A DNA stretch of 64,000 nt from Octopus vulgaris (taxonomy: Eukaryota), in the NCBI GenBank assembly GCA_951406725.2, contig OX597830.1, positions 18,476,001 to 18,540,000 of the forward strand, read 5' to 3'. This document shows positions 12,386-25,346 of this stretch, one piece after another. A model generated the notes under the pieces. It was given only the letters and a program-made list of their open reading frames with translations, made no database searches and was not told the origin of the DNA. Within the stretch, counting starts at the first letter, position 1. Each line of letters starts with the position of its first letter. The position numbers were made by a program, and so were the translations under genes.

Positions 12386-13299
12386 TGTGTGTATGTGTGT
12401 GTGTGTGTGTGCATGTGTTCATTCATGCACTTAAACAAACACATATGTATGTCTATGAATGCATATATACAAGAAATTTGGTGTGTGAACTATCAGAATG
12501 AATATGAATGCGTGTGTGTGTGTGTGTGTCATGGGAGGAGGGAGTATTGCTTGTTAATGTCCCCCTAAGTGACATCTATGTTAACAGACAACACCTGTGA
12601 ATGGATAAGATCTAAGAATTCAAAATGAAAGTAAAAAATATATGGTTTGCACAGCTCCATTACTGCCTAACTTGATCAAATGCTAAAATCACCAGAAACA
12701 AAAGCAGCTGTTAAGATCTTTATTACAAATGGTTACAAATAAAAGGGTTTCCCCGCTTGACCCACAAAGCTTTCTTTTTTTTATTAAGTGTACCTCCAGG
12801 AAAAACTGTCCACATCAAGATTAGTACAAATCTAGCCAATAGGCCCAGTAGTCTTACAATGTGTTCATTCACCATTTCAAGTATTTCTGTGGGTCCTCAT
12901 AGCTATGCTGAGTACGTCCAACTGTCCTCTTGACAAGTCTTGCGCTTGTCCTCCAAGCTTCCTAGCGACTTTTGGCAAGCTAGTCTGGTGCAAGTGCTGG
13001 TTTAGTTGTCCTTGACCCAACCACATAAGTACTAGATTACACGTTACCCATAACACTCGTAAATATAAACAGACATGTGTGCATATGCTTCATCGGAACA
13101 ATAAAAGATATAACCAAAGCTAAATCAATGTGCAAATATTCTGGCACATGTAAATGCATGCCTGTTTTAAGTAGCCAATATCCACGGGTATCTTCCAAGC
13201 TGGAGAAGCATTGGGCCCCTGAAAAGTCTTGCTGTAACAAGGAGCTCTATTTTTCCATTGAATGATGATGATGATATATATATATATATATATATATAT

Positions 13300-13688
13300 T
13301 ACTCTTTTACTTGTTTCAGTCATGTGGCTGTGGCCATGCTGGATAGTCATGCAAATCGACCCCAGGACTTATTCTTTGTAAGCCTAGTAATCGGTCTCTT
13401 TTGCTGAACTGCTAAGTTACGGGGATGTTAACACACCAGCATCGGTTGTCAAGCAATGTTAGGAGGACAAACACAGACACACACACATACTTATATACAT
13501 ACATATATATATATATACATATATATGATGGGCTTCTTTCAGTTTCTGTCTACCAAATCCATTCACGAGGCTTTGGTTGGCCTGAGGCTATAGTAGAAGA
13601 CACTTGCCCGAGGTGCCATGCAGTGGGACTGAACCCGGAACCATGTGGCTGGTAAGCAGGCTACTTACCACACAGCCACTCCTATGTC
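13300..13688 (-). mobile_element. SINE family A
   Basis: Reverse copy with all family blocks. Confidence 0.9.
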
Positions 13689-13994
13689 TATACACACAAG
13701 CGATATATATATATATATCTTCATATGATACCATTTGACCAGAATATTAATGTTGTGTTTGCATTCCCTTAATCTTCAAGAAATCACAGCTAAATTTCTC
13801 TCAAGCCATACTCTGCTTTCTTGAAAATAGGACACATTAGATAATGCAGTCTATAAAACACTAGTCTCTGGGTGTGTGTGTTTGGAGCAGGTGGGTAGTT
13901 ATGGCTTGAATGCTTTTGATGAACAATAGCAACAAATACTATAAGGACCCCTTAACCCTTTAGCATTTAAACTGGGGGGGGGGGCATATCCAGC

Positions 13995-14231
13995 TGTTGT
14001 AACCCTTAATGTCAGATTTTATAATGCCCACTTCGGTTTAACATTGTTGTTTGACCAGTAAAGACATGACTATCTAAGACCATCTACTTCATACTCTGAC
14101 CAGTAAAGACATGACTATCTAAGACCATCTACTTCATACTCTCTCACTATACTGACCTTATTTATAGTGCCTAGCACATACCACTCATCACATGGGAGGG
14201 GTGTACCATTATTCCTATCACTCCCACAGCG
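13995..14231 (-). repeat. 3' LTR with an internal 45-bp tandem duplication
   Basis: Homologous to 19818-20023; tgaccagtaaagacatgactatctaagaccatctacttcatactc occurs twice here only. Confidence 0.85.
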
Positions 14232-14578
14232 TTTTTTAGCTATAGCAACCATGCCAGAATAGACAATGGAACCTGGTGTGGCCCCTGGTCTTATCAGTTC
14301 CAATCAAACAGTCCAACCTGTGTCATTTTATTTCTTTTAATAGCAATGCTTTTTATATCACTCCACCTCCCATTTTTTTTTTTTTTTTCTTAGTCACACA
14401 TTTAATATTTTTATTCTGTTCCTGCATCCACTTCCAGGAACTCTGTACATTTTCTTTTTCTTACATCTGGGTTCAATCACCTGTAGTGGCATTGGTACTT
14501 GAAAAGTATCATATAACCATTCCATTGTTTCTTCCATTCTCTTGGGTTTGCTCTCAGCAAATCTTTTTTTCAGTTGGT

Positions 14579-15480
14579 TCATGTGTCTCTTGTATACACT
14601 TTTTTCTGCTTTTTACCAAGTACATACAACATTTTTCCTATTTGTTTGGTAATCACACCATCTTTCCAAATCTGTTTTCCATTCTTATATGCTCTCACAA
14701 ATACCTTTTCACCAAATCTGAAAAGTCTTGCTGTATTTTCCATTGCAATTTTTCTTTTCTTGACAGGTAGCAACTTGTCAAAGACTGACTTTACTTTCCT
14801 CACAAACATCAGCTCCACTGGTGACATACCTGCTGGTGTATTTGGATTTGGTGTCACCTGGTATACTCTTAGGAATTGTTGTAGAGCTACCTCATCCATG
14901 ACTTCCCTATTTGACTTTCTTAGGGCTCTCTTGAACATATCGACAAAGCATTCTGCCTGTCCGTTAGATCTGGCATGGTATGGTACTGTAGTTACATGTT
15001 CTACAGCAAACGTTTTACATAATTTTTTATATTCAAGACACAAATTATGTTCCATTGTCAGACACAATCTTGTCTGGGATGCCAAATCTTGCAAACAGTC
15101 ATGTAAAAAATTTGTCACAGTTGAAGATGTTGGTTTTTTACAGTTACAAATTTCTGGCCATTTAGAGCAACTATCCACTACCACCACTAAGTAGTAAGAA
15201 GCATTTTAAAGGACCAGCGAAATCGATGTATAGTCTCAACCATGGAACATCTATTTTTGGCCAAGGTTCACTTTTTATTGTGGGTAATTTTGCAACGAGA
15301 GCACATCCTCTACAGCCTTTCACTAAATTTTCTATTTCTCTATCCATTTCTGGCTAGTATACATAGCTCTGCATTAAATCTTTCATCCTTGAAATATCAG
15401 GATGTCCAACATGGAATTCCCTCAACATTTTCTTTTGTACTGTTTCAGGTATCACTACTCTCTGTGCATACATCAGCACA
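14579..15480 (-). pseudogene. Gypsy integrase with upstream zinc-binding region, frameshifted
   Basis: RLYIDFAGP, VVVDSCSKWPE, TTVPYHARSNGQAECFV and SPVELMF motifs. Confidence 0.88.
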
Positions 15481-15510
15481 CTATCACAAATTGAGTATAA
15501 ATTCACATCT

Positions 15511-15943
15511 TTGCCAGCCTCGCCTGGCACCGTGCCAGTGGCACGTAAAAAGCACCCACTATACTCACGGAGTGGTTGGCATTAGGAAGGGCATCCAGCT
15601 GTAGAAACACTGCCAGATCAGACTGGGCCTGGTGCAGCCTCCTGGCTTCCCAGACCCCAGTCGAACCGTCCAACCCATGCTAGCATGGAAAGCGGATGTT
15701 AAATGATGATGATGATCTTAGTTTCATTTCACACCAATCCTGTTCCTATTTACTTTTCCTGACCACAATATTCATTTCATTTCTGTTACGGAGTGGTTGG
15801 CGTTAGGAAGGGCATCCAGCTGTAGAAACACTGCCAGATCAGACTGGAGCCTGGCTTCCCAGACCCCAGTTAAACCGTGCAACCCATGCTAGCATGGAAA
15901 ACGGATGTTAAACAATGATAATGATGATGATGATGATGATGAT
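15511..15943 (+). mobile_element. Two RTE-derived 3'-end fragments (15511-15716, 15788-15943) nested in Gypsy pol
   Basis: ggagtggttggc.ttaggaagggcatccagctgtagaaac...catgctagcatggaaa..ggatgttaaa(tga)n; same 3' end as the RTE at 46542-47283. Confidence 0.8.
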
Positions 15944-16171
15944 CTTAATTTCATTTCACACCAATCCTGTTCCTATTTACTTTTCCTGACCACAATATTC
16001 TTTTCATTTCTGTTACGAATTTGTCCTTTACTAAATTCTTTTATATCTTCTAGGGTTACTGGTAATTTATGTACCACATTCCACATTACATTTTTTATTT
16101 CTCCTTCTGCTCTTAAAGCTGCAATTACCTTATCTTCAAATGGTTCACAGTGTTTTGGCATCAGTCTGGAC

Positions 16172-16350
16172 CAGTGGTTTTCAACCAGGGTTCCGCAAGA
16201 AGTTACAGAACTGCTAAAATCGGCAGTAATTTTTAAGTCTCCTGTGCAGATATGTGTGCATAAGACTATTAAATTATTGCACAGGGGTTCCTTGAGCCAG
16301 TGGAATGTTTCCTTGGGGTTCCGCTCCAGCAAAAAGTTTGAAAAGCACTG
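16172..16350. mobile_element. hAT (Charlie-like) MITE nested in Gypsy pol
   Basis: TIRs CAGTGGTTTTCAA / TTGAAAAGCACTG and a perfect 8-bp TSD GTCTGGAC. Confidence 0.9.
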
Positions 16351-16367
16351 GTCTGGACAAACCATTT

Positions 16368-17765
16368 TTATGCCCTAGTTTTTTTTATGGTAAATATTTT
16401 GTAGTCATAATTCAATGATGTAGTGCCCCATTGCTGTAGTCTATTCACTGTGTGTGTTGGTATTCCTTTTTTAGAACTGTTTATTGACAGTAATGGGCAA
16501 TGATCTGTTTGTAGACAAAAACTTCTTCCATGAATAAATCTACCAAATATGATTGCTAGCACTTCCTTTTCTATCTGACTATAGTTCCTTTCAGCTGGTA
16601 ATAACTATTGTGATGCATGGGTCATAGCCTTGTTACTCCCATCATCATATTTGTGCAGAAGCACAGCCCCTACACTGTAATCACTTGCATGTGTAGCCAG
16701 TATAATATCCAATTTTGGATCCCAAAATGTTAACAACAAGTCCGATGTTAAAATGCTTTTTAGCTCCCCAAATGCCTTCTGGCACTAATCAGTCCAATAC
16801 CATTTTGTATTTTTCCATAACAGATTATTGAGCAGGGTCCTTACATTATGTATATTGGGAATATAAATTTGATAATAATTTACTAAACCCAAAAGTGCTT
16901 GTAGCATAATCACATTATTTGGTATGGGCCTTTTTTTTTTTATCACAGTTGCTCTGGATAGATCCAGTTTTTGTCTGCTTTTATCTATTATCTGGCCCAA
17001 GTATTTGATTTTTTTCATAAAGAGCTCACATTTTTCTTTCATTGACTTGAAACTGTATTCTCTAATCTTCTCAAATACCCTCTTCATGCGTTCTACATGT
17101 TGTTCATGTGATACGCTTTTTATTAGAATATCGTCTAAATAGGCAATAACAAAATCAGTCAAGTCAATTCAGTTCAATTCAGTTTCAATTCAGTTTTTAT
17201 TGGCTCAAAAAGCAAAAGCAAGGCCATGTAGGGGTACAGGGGGAGTGTTCATACAAAGAGTTCAGGCCATTTCTGGTCAAGAGAGACTGAACCGAGCGGT
17301 CGTCGGCATCTTCACTATCTCGTCCGGCAGCTTATTCCACGGATCTGCAACCCGGACAGAGAAAGCCCCAGCATTGTATCCAATTACTTACTGAAATATA
17401 TAAGGAGCCACTTTTACACTGAAGGAAAGCCATTTAAATTTAAACAAGCCACGGTGTGTATCGATGGTTAATAAATGTGAGCATTCTTCTTCTACTTGGA
17501 TTTGTAAATATGCCTCCAAAAGGTTTAATTTTGAGAATTTCCTTCCATTCAATTTTGCAAACACTTCCTCAGGGCTCAGCAATGGGTAGTTATGTGTAAT
17601 TAAGCAATAATTCAACCCTACTGAAAAATCAGCACAAACTTTTAACTTGCTATTTTTCTTTTTTACATAGACTGTAGGTGCTGCCCAGTCTGAGTGGTCT
17701 GTCTTCTCAGTTATTCTTAGACTTTCAAGTTCCTTGCTTACCTGGTCTCTTGCCACGAATGGCAC
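16368..17765 (-). pseudogene. Gypsy reverse transcriptase and RNase H, interrupted
   Basis: SDWAAPTVYVKK..LKVCADFS, AYLDDILI, KYLGQII, ASDYSVGAVL, NYSQIEKE and LQTDHCPL motifs. Confidence 0.9.
17163..17370 (-). mobile_element. CR1/L2 LINE 3' fragment inserted in the Gypsy RT just upstream of YLDD
   Basis: Minus strand reads AFSVRVADPWNKLPDEIV (FSxRV..WNxLP motif), then an (actgaattga)n tail. Confidence 0.75.
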
Positions 17766-18683
17766 ATTTCATTTTGGCTTAAATACAGGTGTTGCACTTT
17801 ATTTTACTGCAATTTTTACCTTTGTTTTCTTGCTACATTTCAGTTCCTCCAAGAAAACATCTGGAAATAAATGTATTTTTTTGTTTCAGTCCCCCCAGCC
17901 ACGTTCGAACCTTCAACTGAATGGACTATATTCCCACACAAAATAATTACAGGTGTATTCTACAATTTGAACAATTCCATCCTCTCTGTGCTGAATAGAT
18001 TAACTGAATTTTTTGCAGACATTTTTTCCATTTTCATTTGGTCATGAAATGTTACATTACACACATATTCACCAACAAAACTCAATCTTTTACCCATAAC
18101 ACCATGTGTGACTTTTGTAGATTTACTCAATTTTGGCTTACCGATATTCTTCCAAGTTTCTTCCTTTACAATGGTAATATCACTTCCAGTGTCTAGCTGT
18201 ATTTATATACTGGTATTTTTAATTTTCACATTTACGAATTTCCTCTTTGTTACATTACAATTTTCTTTCGATGACACACCATTTATTCTTTTATTCTTTG
18301 TTCCAATGTTTCGCCAACTTGGTTTTACAGTGCGTTTTTATGTGTCCAATTTTTCCACAAAGGAAACATCCTGCTTTCTTAAATGGACAGTTTTTCCTCA
18401 AGTGTAGACCTTCACATGCAAAACATTGGATTTTTCCTGATTCTTGTCCTGTTTGAACTGTATTTTAGTACACACTTGATTTCTACTCTGCCTGTTTTGC
18501 ACTTGTTTCACTTGGGAGCAATATTGATGTTCAATTTTCTCTCTGTCGTGTCTTAAATTTACTATTCTTTCACACTCTTCTGACATTTGTTGTAAGATTA
18601 CAGCTTGGTTTTGTTCAAGCTTAGTGAGAATTGTTGTTCTTACTTCTGCATCTTTCTCTGCAGTTAATCCCTGAGTAAATATC

Positions 18684-18912
18684 TGTTTCTTTGTTACCCA
18701 CAAGGGGCTAAACACAGAGGGAACAAACAAGGACAGACAAAGGGATTAAGCTGATTACATCGACCCCAGTGCGAAACTGGTACTTATTTAATCGACTCCG
18801 AAAGGATGAAAGGCAAAGTCGACCTCGGCGGAATTTGAACTCAGAACGTAACGTCAGACGAAATACGGCTACGCATTTCGCCCGGCGTGCTAACGTTTCT
18901 GCCAGCTCGCTG
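18684..18912 (-). mobile_element. SINE family B, low-divergence copy nested in gag
   Basis: 14-bp TSD cctgagtaaatatc at 18670 and 18913; CpG-rich. Confidence 0.9.
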
Positions 18913-19302
18913 CCTGAGTAAATATCAGGCACTTGAACATATCTGGGGTTAATTTGTCCAGTTTGAACTTTTCACATTCCCTGTTAACTCTTCTAGCATA
19001 TGTGACATAGTCCTCCTTGTTGTTCTTTTCTAAGTTTGAACTTTTCCAACATGTACTGAACAACGAGCTTTACTCACTAAAAATTTTACTCAAAATGTCT
19101 ATTGTATCCTTAAAGTTTATGTCAGAAGGTTTTTTGGGGAGTACATATTTGCTGTAATGCTCATGTTCTCCGGCTGCCAGTTTCCCTAAGATTAAACGCA
19201 TTTTTATATCGTCTTCCCAGTCTTTGCCCTCTTTATTGAGGAGTTGTTTGTATCTTCTATAGTAAGCCTCAAAGGTAACTCTTTTGTCTGGTTCATACTT
19301 AA

Positions 19303-19523
19303 CCCTTTAGCGTTCAAATTAATATGTCATAAGTAACCCTTATTCATTTACATTTTTAAAAAATTAATCTGGTATTATCTTGTAGCTTCAAGATTTGAAA
19401 GATGTAATTGTTTATTTTTAGAATTACATTACAGGGTAGGTGTGAGATACTGGTTCTGACCAGTTTGAGCATAAAATGAGTAGAATATTCGGGCCGGATA
19501 TAGCCGGTTTAAACACTAAAGGG
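19303..19523. mobile_element. piggyBac-type MITE nested in gag
   Basis: TTAA-CCCTTTAGCGTT ... AACACTAAAGGG-TTAA. Confidence 0.88.
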
Positions 19524-19817
19524 TTAAACTCTGTTATCAAGTCCACAATATTATCCGGCAAGAACATCTTTTCAGCATTTCCTGATGACTTACTATTCAT
19601 TAATTGCAGCATTTGTTGCTGTAGTAGTAATTGTTGTTGCTTCTGCTGTTGTTCTGTTGTTGAAGCTGCCACTGTTGTTGTTGTTGCTGTTTTTACAACT
19701 CGAGCAAACTGGCCAACAATTTTCCCATAATTTCACAATTTGGTATACCGTTAAATTTGCAAAAAAAAACCTTTGTGGGTTCTGTAACTCCTTGTCAGTT
19801 TAATTCCTCGCCACTAC

Positions 19818-20023
19818 TTTTGTAATCCTTAATATCGGATTTTATAACACCCACTTCGCAGTTTACCAGTATAGAAATTAAACCAGTAAAGATACAACTA
19901 TCTAAGACCATCTACTTTGTACTTTCTCACTATACTCTCTGACATCACCTTATTTATAGTGACTAGCATATACCACTCATCACATGGGAGGGGTGTACCA
20001 TTATTACTATTATCGCCACAACA
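19818..20023 (-). repeat. 5' LTR of the Gypsy element
   Basis: Shares blocks such as gcatataccactcatcacatgggaggggtgtaccattatt with the 3' LTR. Confidence 0.85.
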
Positions 20024-20502
20024 CCAGCCCAAATCTGCTACCTGTTTTATGTTCTAACCAGCCAGATCCAGCCTATCAAACCTACCCTTCAATGCCATTC
20101 TAAAAATTTTGAAGCTGCCAAATAATGCATGGTTAATCAAAAACAATGTGAATGAATAAGCCTTATATTTGACAGAATAATCTGAATGCTAAAGGGTTAA
20201 ATCAGGTTTTCAACCATTCTTTACCCCAACTCCTTACATTCTCATAACTCACACTGTTCCACTTTTATCTCAGAACTTTGACAAGTAAATTTTCATTCTA
20301 TTCCCATCCAAGACCTTATTTACACCCAACACTAAACTACAGTATAAGTAGGTTTGAGACAGGATTAGAATGAAAAAATACTCATTTTGTATGTGTACTC
20401 TTAGTTCTATTTGGTAGGGGTAAACCCCTGGGTACTTCATGACACTCTCCTCTTCAATATGCCAGGGGAAAAAAGGGCGGGAGTCTGCAGCAGAAAACAT
20501 GT

Positions 20503-20533
<31 letters not shown>

Positions 20534-21272
20534 CTAATGCTTATATCTCCATAATCCATTGTTGTTGTTATTGAAGGTGGTGATGGTGGTAGTAGTAGTA
20601 GTGGTGGTGGTGGTGCTGCTGCTGGGGAAGGGGTTATTCTATTGTTGTATACATCCTCACAGAGAAAGAAAACACCTATCCACCCACCCACCTACAAAGC
20701 TCACTTCATTTCATCCTATTGCTGCCACCACCACCACAATCACCACCACCACTACTAACACCTAGCTTCTAGATTTCAATAGAAAACTATATCAGTTGCA
20801 GGTTACTAGGTGTACTTTCAATTGTTTAAGAGTTGGCTCTACCTCCACAAGTTTAGAGGGGAAAACCCTTCGCTACCACCGACACCATCAAACACACACA
20901 CACACACACATCAGAGCCTGAAACATTATTATGACCTAAGGTAAAATAAAATTAGCTTGTGATGCTAAGGGAGTTAGTTGTAAAGGAGGGTCAGTAGTGT
21001 GGTGTGTATGGGTGTGTGTGTGTGTGTGTGTGTGCGTATGTGTGTGATATTAACCATGTCAGAATTAATTGTAGGGCCTACATTAAGCCCTACCTTTCCA
21101 CAAATGCATTGTTATTCTCTATCAAATATCATTACTACGAAAAAAATAAATAAATAAAAGTTTACAGAAAGACTTTTTAAAACTTTCTCACACATACACA
21201 TACACACGCACACACACACACTCACACACACACAGCTAAATTATTTCAATGTTTTATTCATCTTAATATATG

Positions 21273-21610
21273 CTAGCACTATGACCTGGTAACGCTGGGT
21301 CATAGTGCTAGTGCATGCATATACAGCTGCGTGCGTGCACACATACACGCAAGTACTGTCCAAATCTCCGACCAATCACATACAGCTAGCTGTCATTCAA
21401 TTGGCATATCAAGTTTTGGGCATTTTGATTGGGTTTTGGATAGAAAACTCACAAAAAAGTAACTTCTATTGACTGGGGAAATGTAAAGGTGTGCACGACC
21501 ACCCTTGGACGGTTTTGAATGAACATAGAAAGTGCGAACCCTCTAACTGAAAAATTGTGGATTTGTATAAAGGACACACACACAGACATTTTGCCGTTTA
21601 TATATAGAGA
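21273..21610 (-). mobile_element. Non-autonomous Helitron
   Basis: Minus-strand 5' TCtctatatataaacggcaaaatgtctgtg (like the element at 3870); 3' palindrome ctagcactatgacc..ggtcatagtgctag ending in CTAG. Confidence 0.75.
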
Positions 21611-21919
21611 GATATATAAAAGTGAATGTATGAATGTTTTTTGTAAAGGAATTTATTTGAAAATGCAGAGTATTCATGCAATTATGTTTGATTAAGGAAG
21701 TGTTAGGACATGTCCATAGATTAATTGAAGATTGTCGGCATTTTTGTAAAGGAATTTATTTGAAAATGCGAGAATTCATGCAATTATGTTTGATTAAGGA
21801 AGTGTTAGGACATGTCCATAGATGCATTGATATATGTGTGAGTGTCCTTATATATACATAGATATGCTAACCTCAACCCTAACTGGGTTTCCTTATTAAA
21901 ACACTTTGATTCCGTGGAC

Positions 21920-22130
21920 ATTGCCAGCCTCCTCTTGCTCCTGCGCTGGTGGCACATAAAAAGCACTACACTCACGGAGTGGTTGGCGTTAGGAAGGGCA
22001 TCAAGCTGTAGAAACACTGCCAGATCAGACTGGAGCCTGATGCAGCCTCCTGGTTTCTCAGACCCCAGTCAAACTGTCCAACCCATGCTAGCATGGAAAA
22101 TGGACATTAAACGATGATGATGATGATGAT
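21920..22130 (+). mobile_element. RTE-derived 3'-end fragment
   Basis: Same tail family ending in (gat)n. Confidence 0.8.
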
Positions 22131-23659
22131 ATATATATATATATATTTATGTATGTATGTATGTATGTATGTATACACATATACATACAGCAGCATTGTC
22201 TTCATGCCCAGTTTTCCATGCTTGCATGTGTCAGACAAAATGTGTATGGGAAATTTTTCTATGACTGGATGCCCTTCCTGTCATCAGTTCTTTATCTTTT
22301 ATCTTTAACTTGTTTCATTCATTAGACTGTGGCCATACTAGGGCATTGCCTTAAAGAATTTTAGCTGATTGAATTGCACCCTACCCCAGCACTTCTATTT
22401 TTAAACCTGGTACTTATTCTATCAGTCTCTTTTACCAAACTACCAAGTTACCGGGACTTAAACAAACCAGAACCAGTTGTCAAGCAGTGGTGAAGGACAA
22501 ACACAAAGACACACACACGTACAAACACACACAACAGGCTTCTTTCAGTTTTTGCTAACAAAATCCACTCAAAGGGCTATAGCAGAAGACAGTTGCCCAA
22601 GGTGCCACATAGTAGGACTGAACGATGTGGTTGGGAAGCAAGGTTGTTTTTACAAGTAATATTTCCCTTAGTCCTTTAGACACGAACAGCACAATGACTG
22701 GACATGGTTTCACTAAAGATTACAAATGGTAACACCACTTGTATGATGGTGACATTCGTTTACAATGAATGTTGCCATCTCAAGACAAAGAGAAAAAGTA
22801 TTCAATACATATAACAGAATAGGGGTTCTTGAGACATAATACATGTAATCATAGGGTGTGCAGAGAAACTAGGGGAGTACACAGGTTTGTAAGTGATAAT
22901 TTTGATGTAATGACAACCAATTAAATGCAACTCATATGACTAGAAAATTTTTGGAGAGTCTTTTACTGTTTCTATCCACTTATCATTGCTAAGAAGAGTT
23001 CCAGCAATATTTATAACTCACAACAAATTTGGTGTAAGGCTGTCAAGGTAGAAAGATATACAAGTGTGCCTAGAAGTCACTTATTAGAAAGAATCAAGCT
23101 TGACCAATCTCATTCAAAATATTATGATATTGAATTAAGTGAAAGTGATTTCTTAACCAGGCACAAGACAAGAAGCCTGGGGTGGGGGAGTGGAATAGAC
23201 AATTCTATCAACCCCAGTGAAATGACTAATACTTTATTTTGTGAACCCAAGAAGGATGAAAGCCAAAATTGATCACAGCAGGATTTGATGTCTAAAATTA
23301 AATAATTCTCTCTTAATTTTGGCACAAGATCAGCAATTTTAACTCTTTGAGTCCTGACCTCCTGAACCTTATTTTACCATATACCTGGTACTCCACCAGA
23401 GAAAAATAACTCATCCACTGGTAAACCAGTGTTAGGGGCTCAAAGGGTTAAGGAGTGGGGAAAGTCGATTATATTGAGCCAGAGAGCAACTGGTGCTTAT
23501 TTTGTTGACCCCCAAAAGGATGAAGGGCCTAGTCAGTCTTGGTGGCATGGCATTTCAACTCAGAGCATAAAAAGTCGAAGAAATGCCTCAAAGCATTTTG
23601 TCTGGCACTGTAACAATTCTGCCAGCTTGCCACCTTAATAATAATGATAACAAATGACT

Positions 23660-24050
23660 TGTGGCTGTGTGGTAAGAAGCTTGCTTCCCAACCATATGGT
23701 TCTAGGTTCAGTCCTACTGTGCAGTACCTTGGGCAAGTGTGTTTTACTAAAGCTGACCAAAGCCTTGTGAGTGGATTTGGTGGATGGGAACTGAAAAAAG
23801 CCCATCATATATGTATATACCTGTGTGTGTGTGTGTGTGTGTGTCATTGTCTCCCGCCACTGCTTGATATCTGGTGTTGGTGTGCTTACATTCTTGTGAC
23901 TTTGAGGTTCAGCAAAAAGACCAACAGAATAATTACCAGGCTTAACAAAAAAAAAAAAGTACTGGGATTGATTTATTTAACTAAAATTTCTTCAAAGTGG
24001 TGCTCCAGCATGGCCACAGTCTAATGACTGAAACAAGTAAAAGATAAAAG
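23660..24050 (+). mobile_element. SINE family A, diverged; another diverged reverse copy at ~22305-22645
   Basis: Family head, body and tail are recognisable. Confidence 0.75.
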
Positions 24051-24520
24051 ATATATACAAGTATATTGTCTTCTGTTCTATGGTACACAATCATTTTAGG
24101 CTATGTTCTTCACATGGTATATACAACCCTGTAATTCATCAGTCTCTCCTTTTATTCAAAACAGCAGCCATTCTGCAAGCCTACTCTGAGTTTCACATTT
24201 CTATTTTTCACAGGAACTATATTTATATATAATGAGTCCCAGAAACAAATGCCTTTTGAGAAGGCTAAGAAAAAAAAGTGAATAGAAAGAAATTTATAGG
24301 GAGGGGAATTGTAGGGAAAAGAAAACAAGGGAAGACGAAAGGGTATGAGGAGGTAAAAGACAGAGAAAAACTTCAAAACAAAAATAATAATATAAAACAC
24401 TGTGATGGTGTTGGGGGTGAAACCCTTTGAAAATGTGAATAACTGGATTCAATTGATATGTTAAATCTTTTTTTATTGGCTGGTATTGTGGTATTTCCTG
24501 TCCCTTACATATCAACATAC

Positions 24521-24573
<53 letters not shown>

Positions 24574-25315
24574 TACACATATACATACATATAGTAACAG
24601 ACATAAACACATAAAGCAACAATGTCCATAGCCACATACAGGCATCTACGTATATGCACACACATAGTTACCCACATATACACATATCTATACACTTACA
24701 CGTGTGTATACCGCTATTTTTAAAGCCAAGTGTGTGTATGATATAGCCCAACACTGCACATATATATATAAACACATACATGTAACCCACTCAATATCAC
24801 ATGTTAATATACACATAGGGGAAAAGGCTCTACACTATTAGACAACCTACTAAAAACAGTAGTCAAATATCATTTTTAAAAATGAAAAAAAGAGGTATAT
24901 TAGATAATATTGCTAAACTCTCATTATTATAAAAAAAAAAAGAAAAATAATAATAACACTTATATCTTTAATATCTTTTATGAAACATTAATGGTCTGCT
25001 TGATAAAGGCTGATCTGGGACTAAACAGCACACACACACACACACACAAGAATTACAGGGATATGTCGTGTGTGGAGTTTCATTTGTAGAAAATTGAAAT
25101 AAACAGTCTTTGACTGCTATTTCTAATTTTTCGGTATGTGGCTTAGCAACCTGTTGCCTGCCCCTTTTATTTATATACATACATATATATATATATAAAT
25201 ACAAAATCGGACAAGAATGCAAAACATTTAAATAGACGATACAAAAAACACGGACGGGTCATTTGAAGCCTCTAATCTTCAGTCAAGAACCAGATCATCC
25301 TCGCAATTTTGGCTG

Positions 25316-25346
<31 letters not shown>

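Larger units (their letters stand above)
17950..19600 (-). pseudogene. Gypsy gag and aspartic protease, interrupted
   Basis: Protease QLDTGSDITIV at ~18170-18205; gag ITEF|YEPDKRVTFEAYYRRY and IFTQGLTAEKDAEVRTTIL. Confidence 0.8.
13995..20023 (-). mobile_element. Full-length decayed Ty3/Gypsy LTR retrotransposon (K02A2.6/Mag-like)
   Basis: Two LTRs, TGTTGT...ACAACA outer ends, 5-bp TSD CCAGC (13990-13994, 20024-20028), PBS-like TGGCGAG next to the 5' LTR, domain order gag-PR-RT-RNaseH-IN. Confidence 0.92.
13956..20196. mobile_element. piggyBac-type MITE split by the Gypsy insertion (halves ~13956-13994 and ~20024-20196)
   Basis: TTAA-CCCTTTAGCATT ... AATGCTAAAGGG-TTAA; the joined halves match the intact copy at 39897-40115. 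Confidence 0.8.

Noticed and set aside
15973-16365. 130-aa ORF as a novel protein
   Set aside because: Chimera of a hAT MITE and Gypsy pol.
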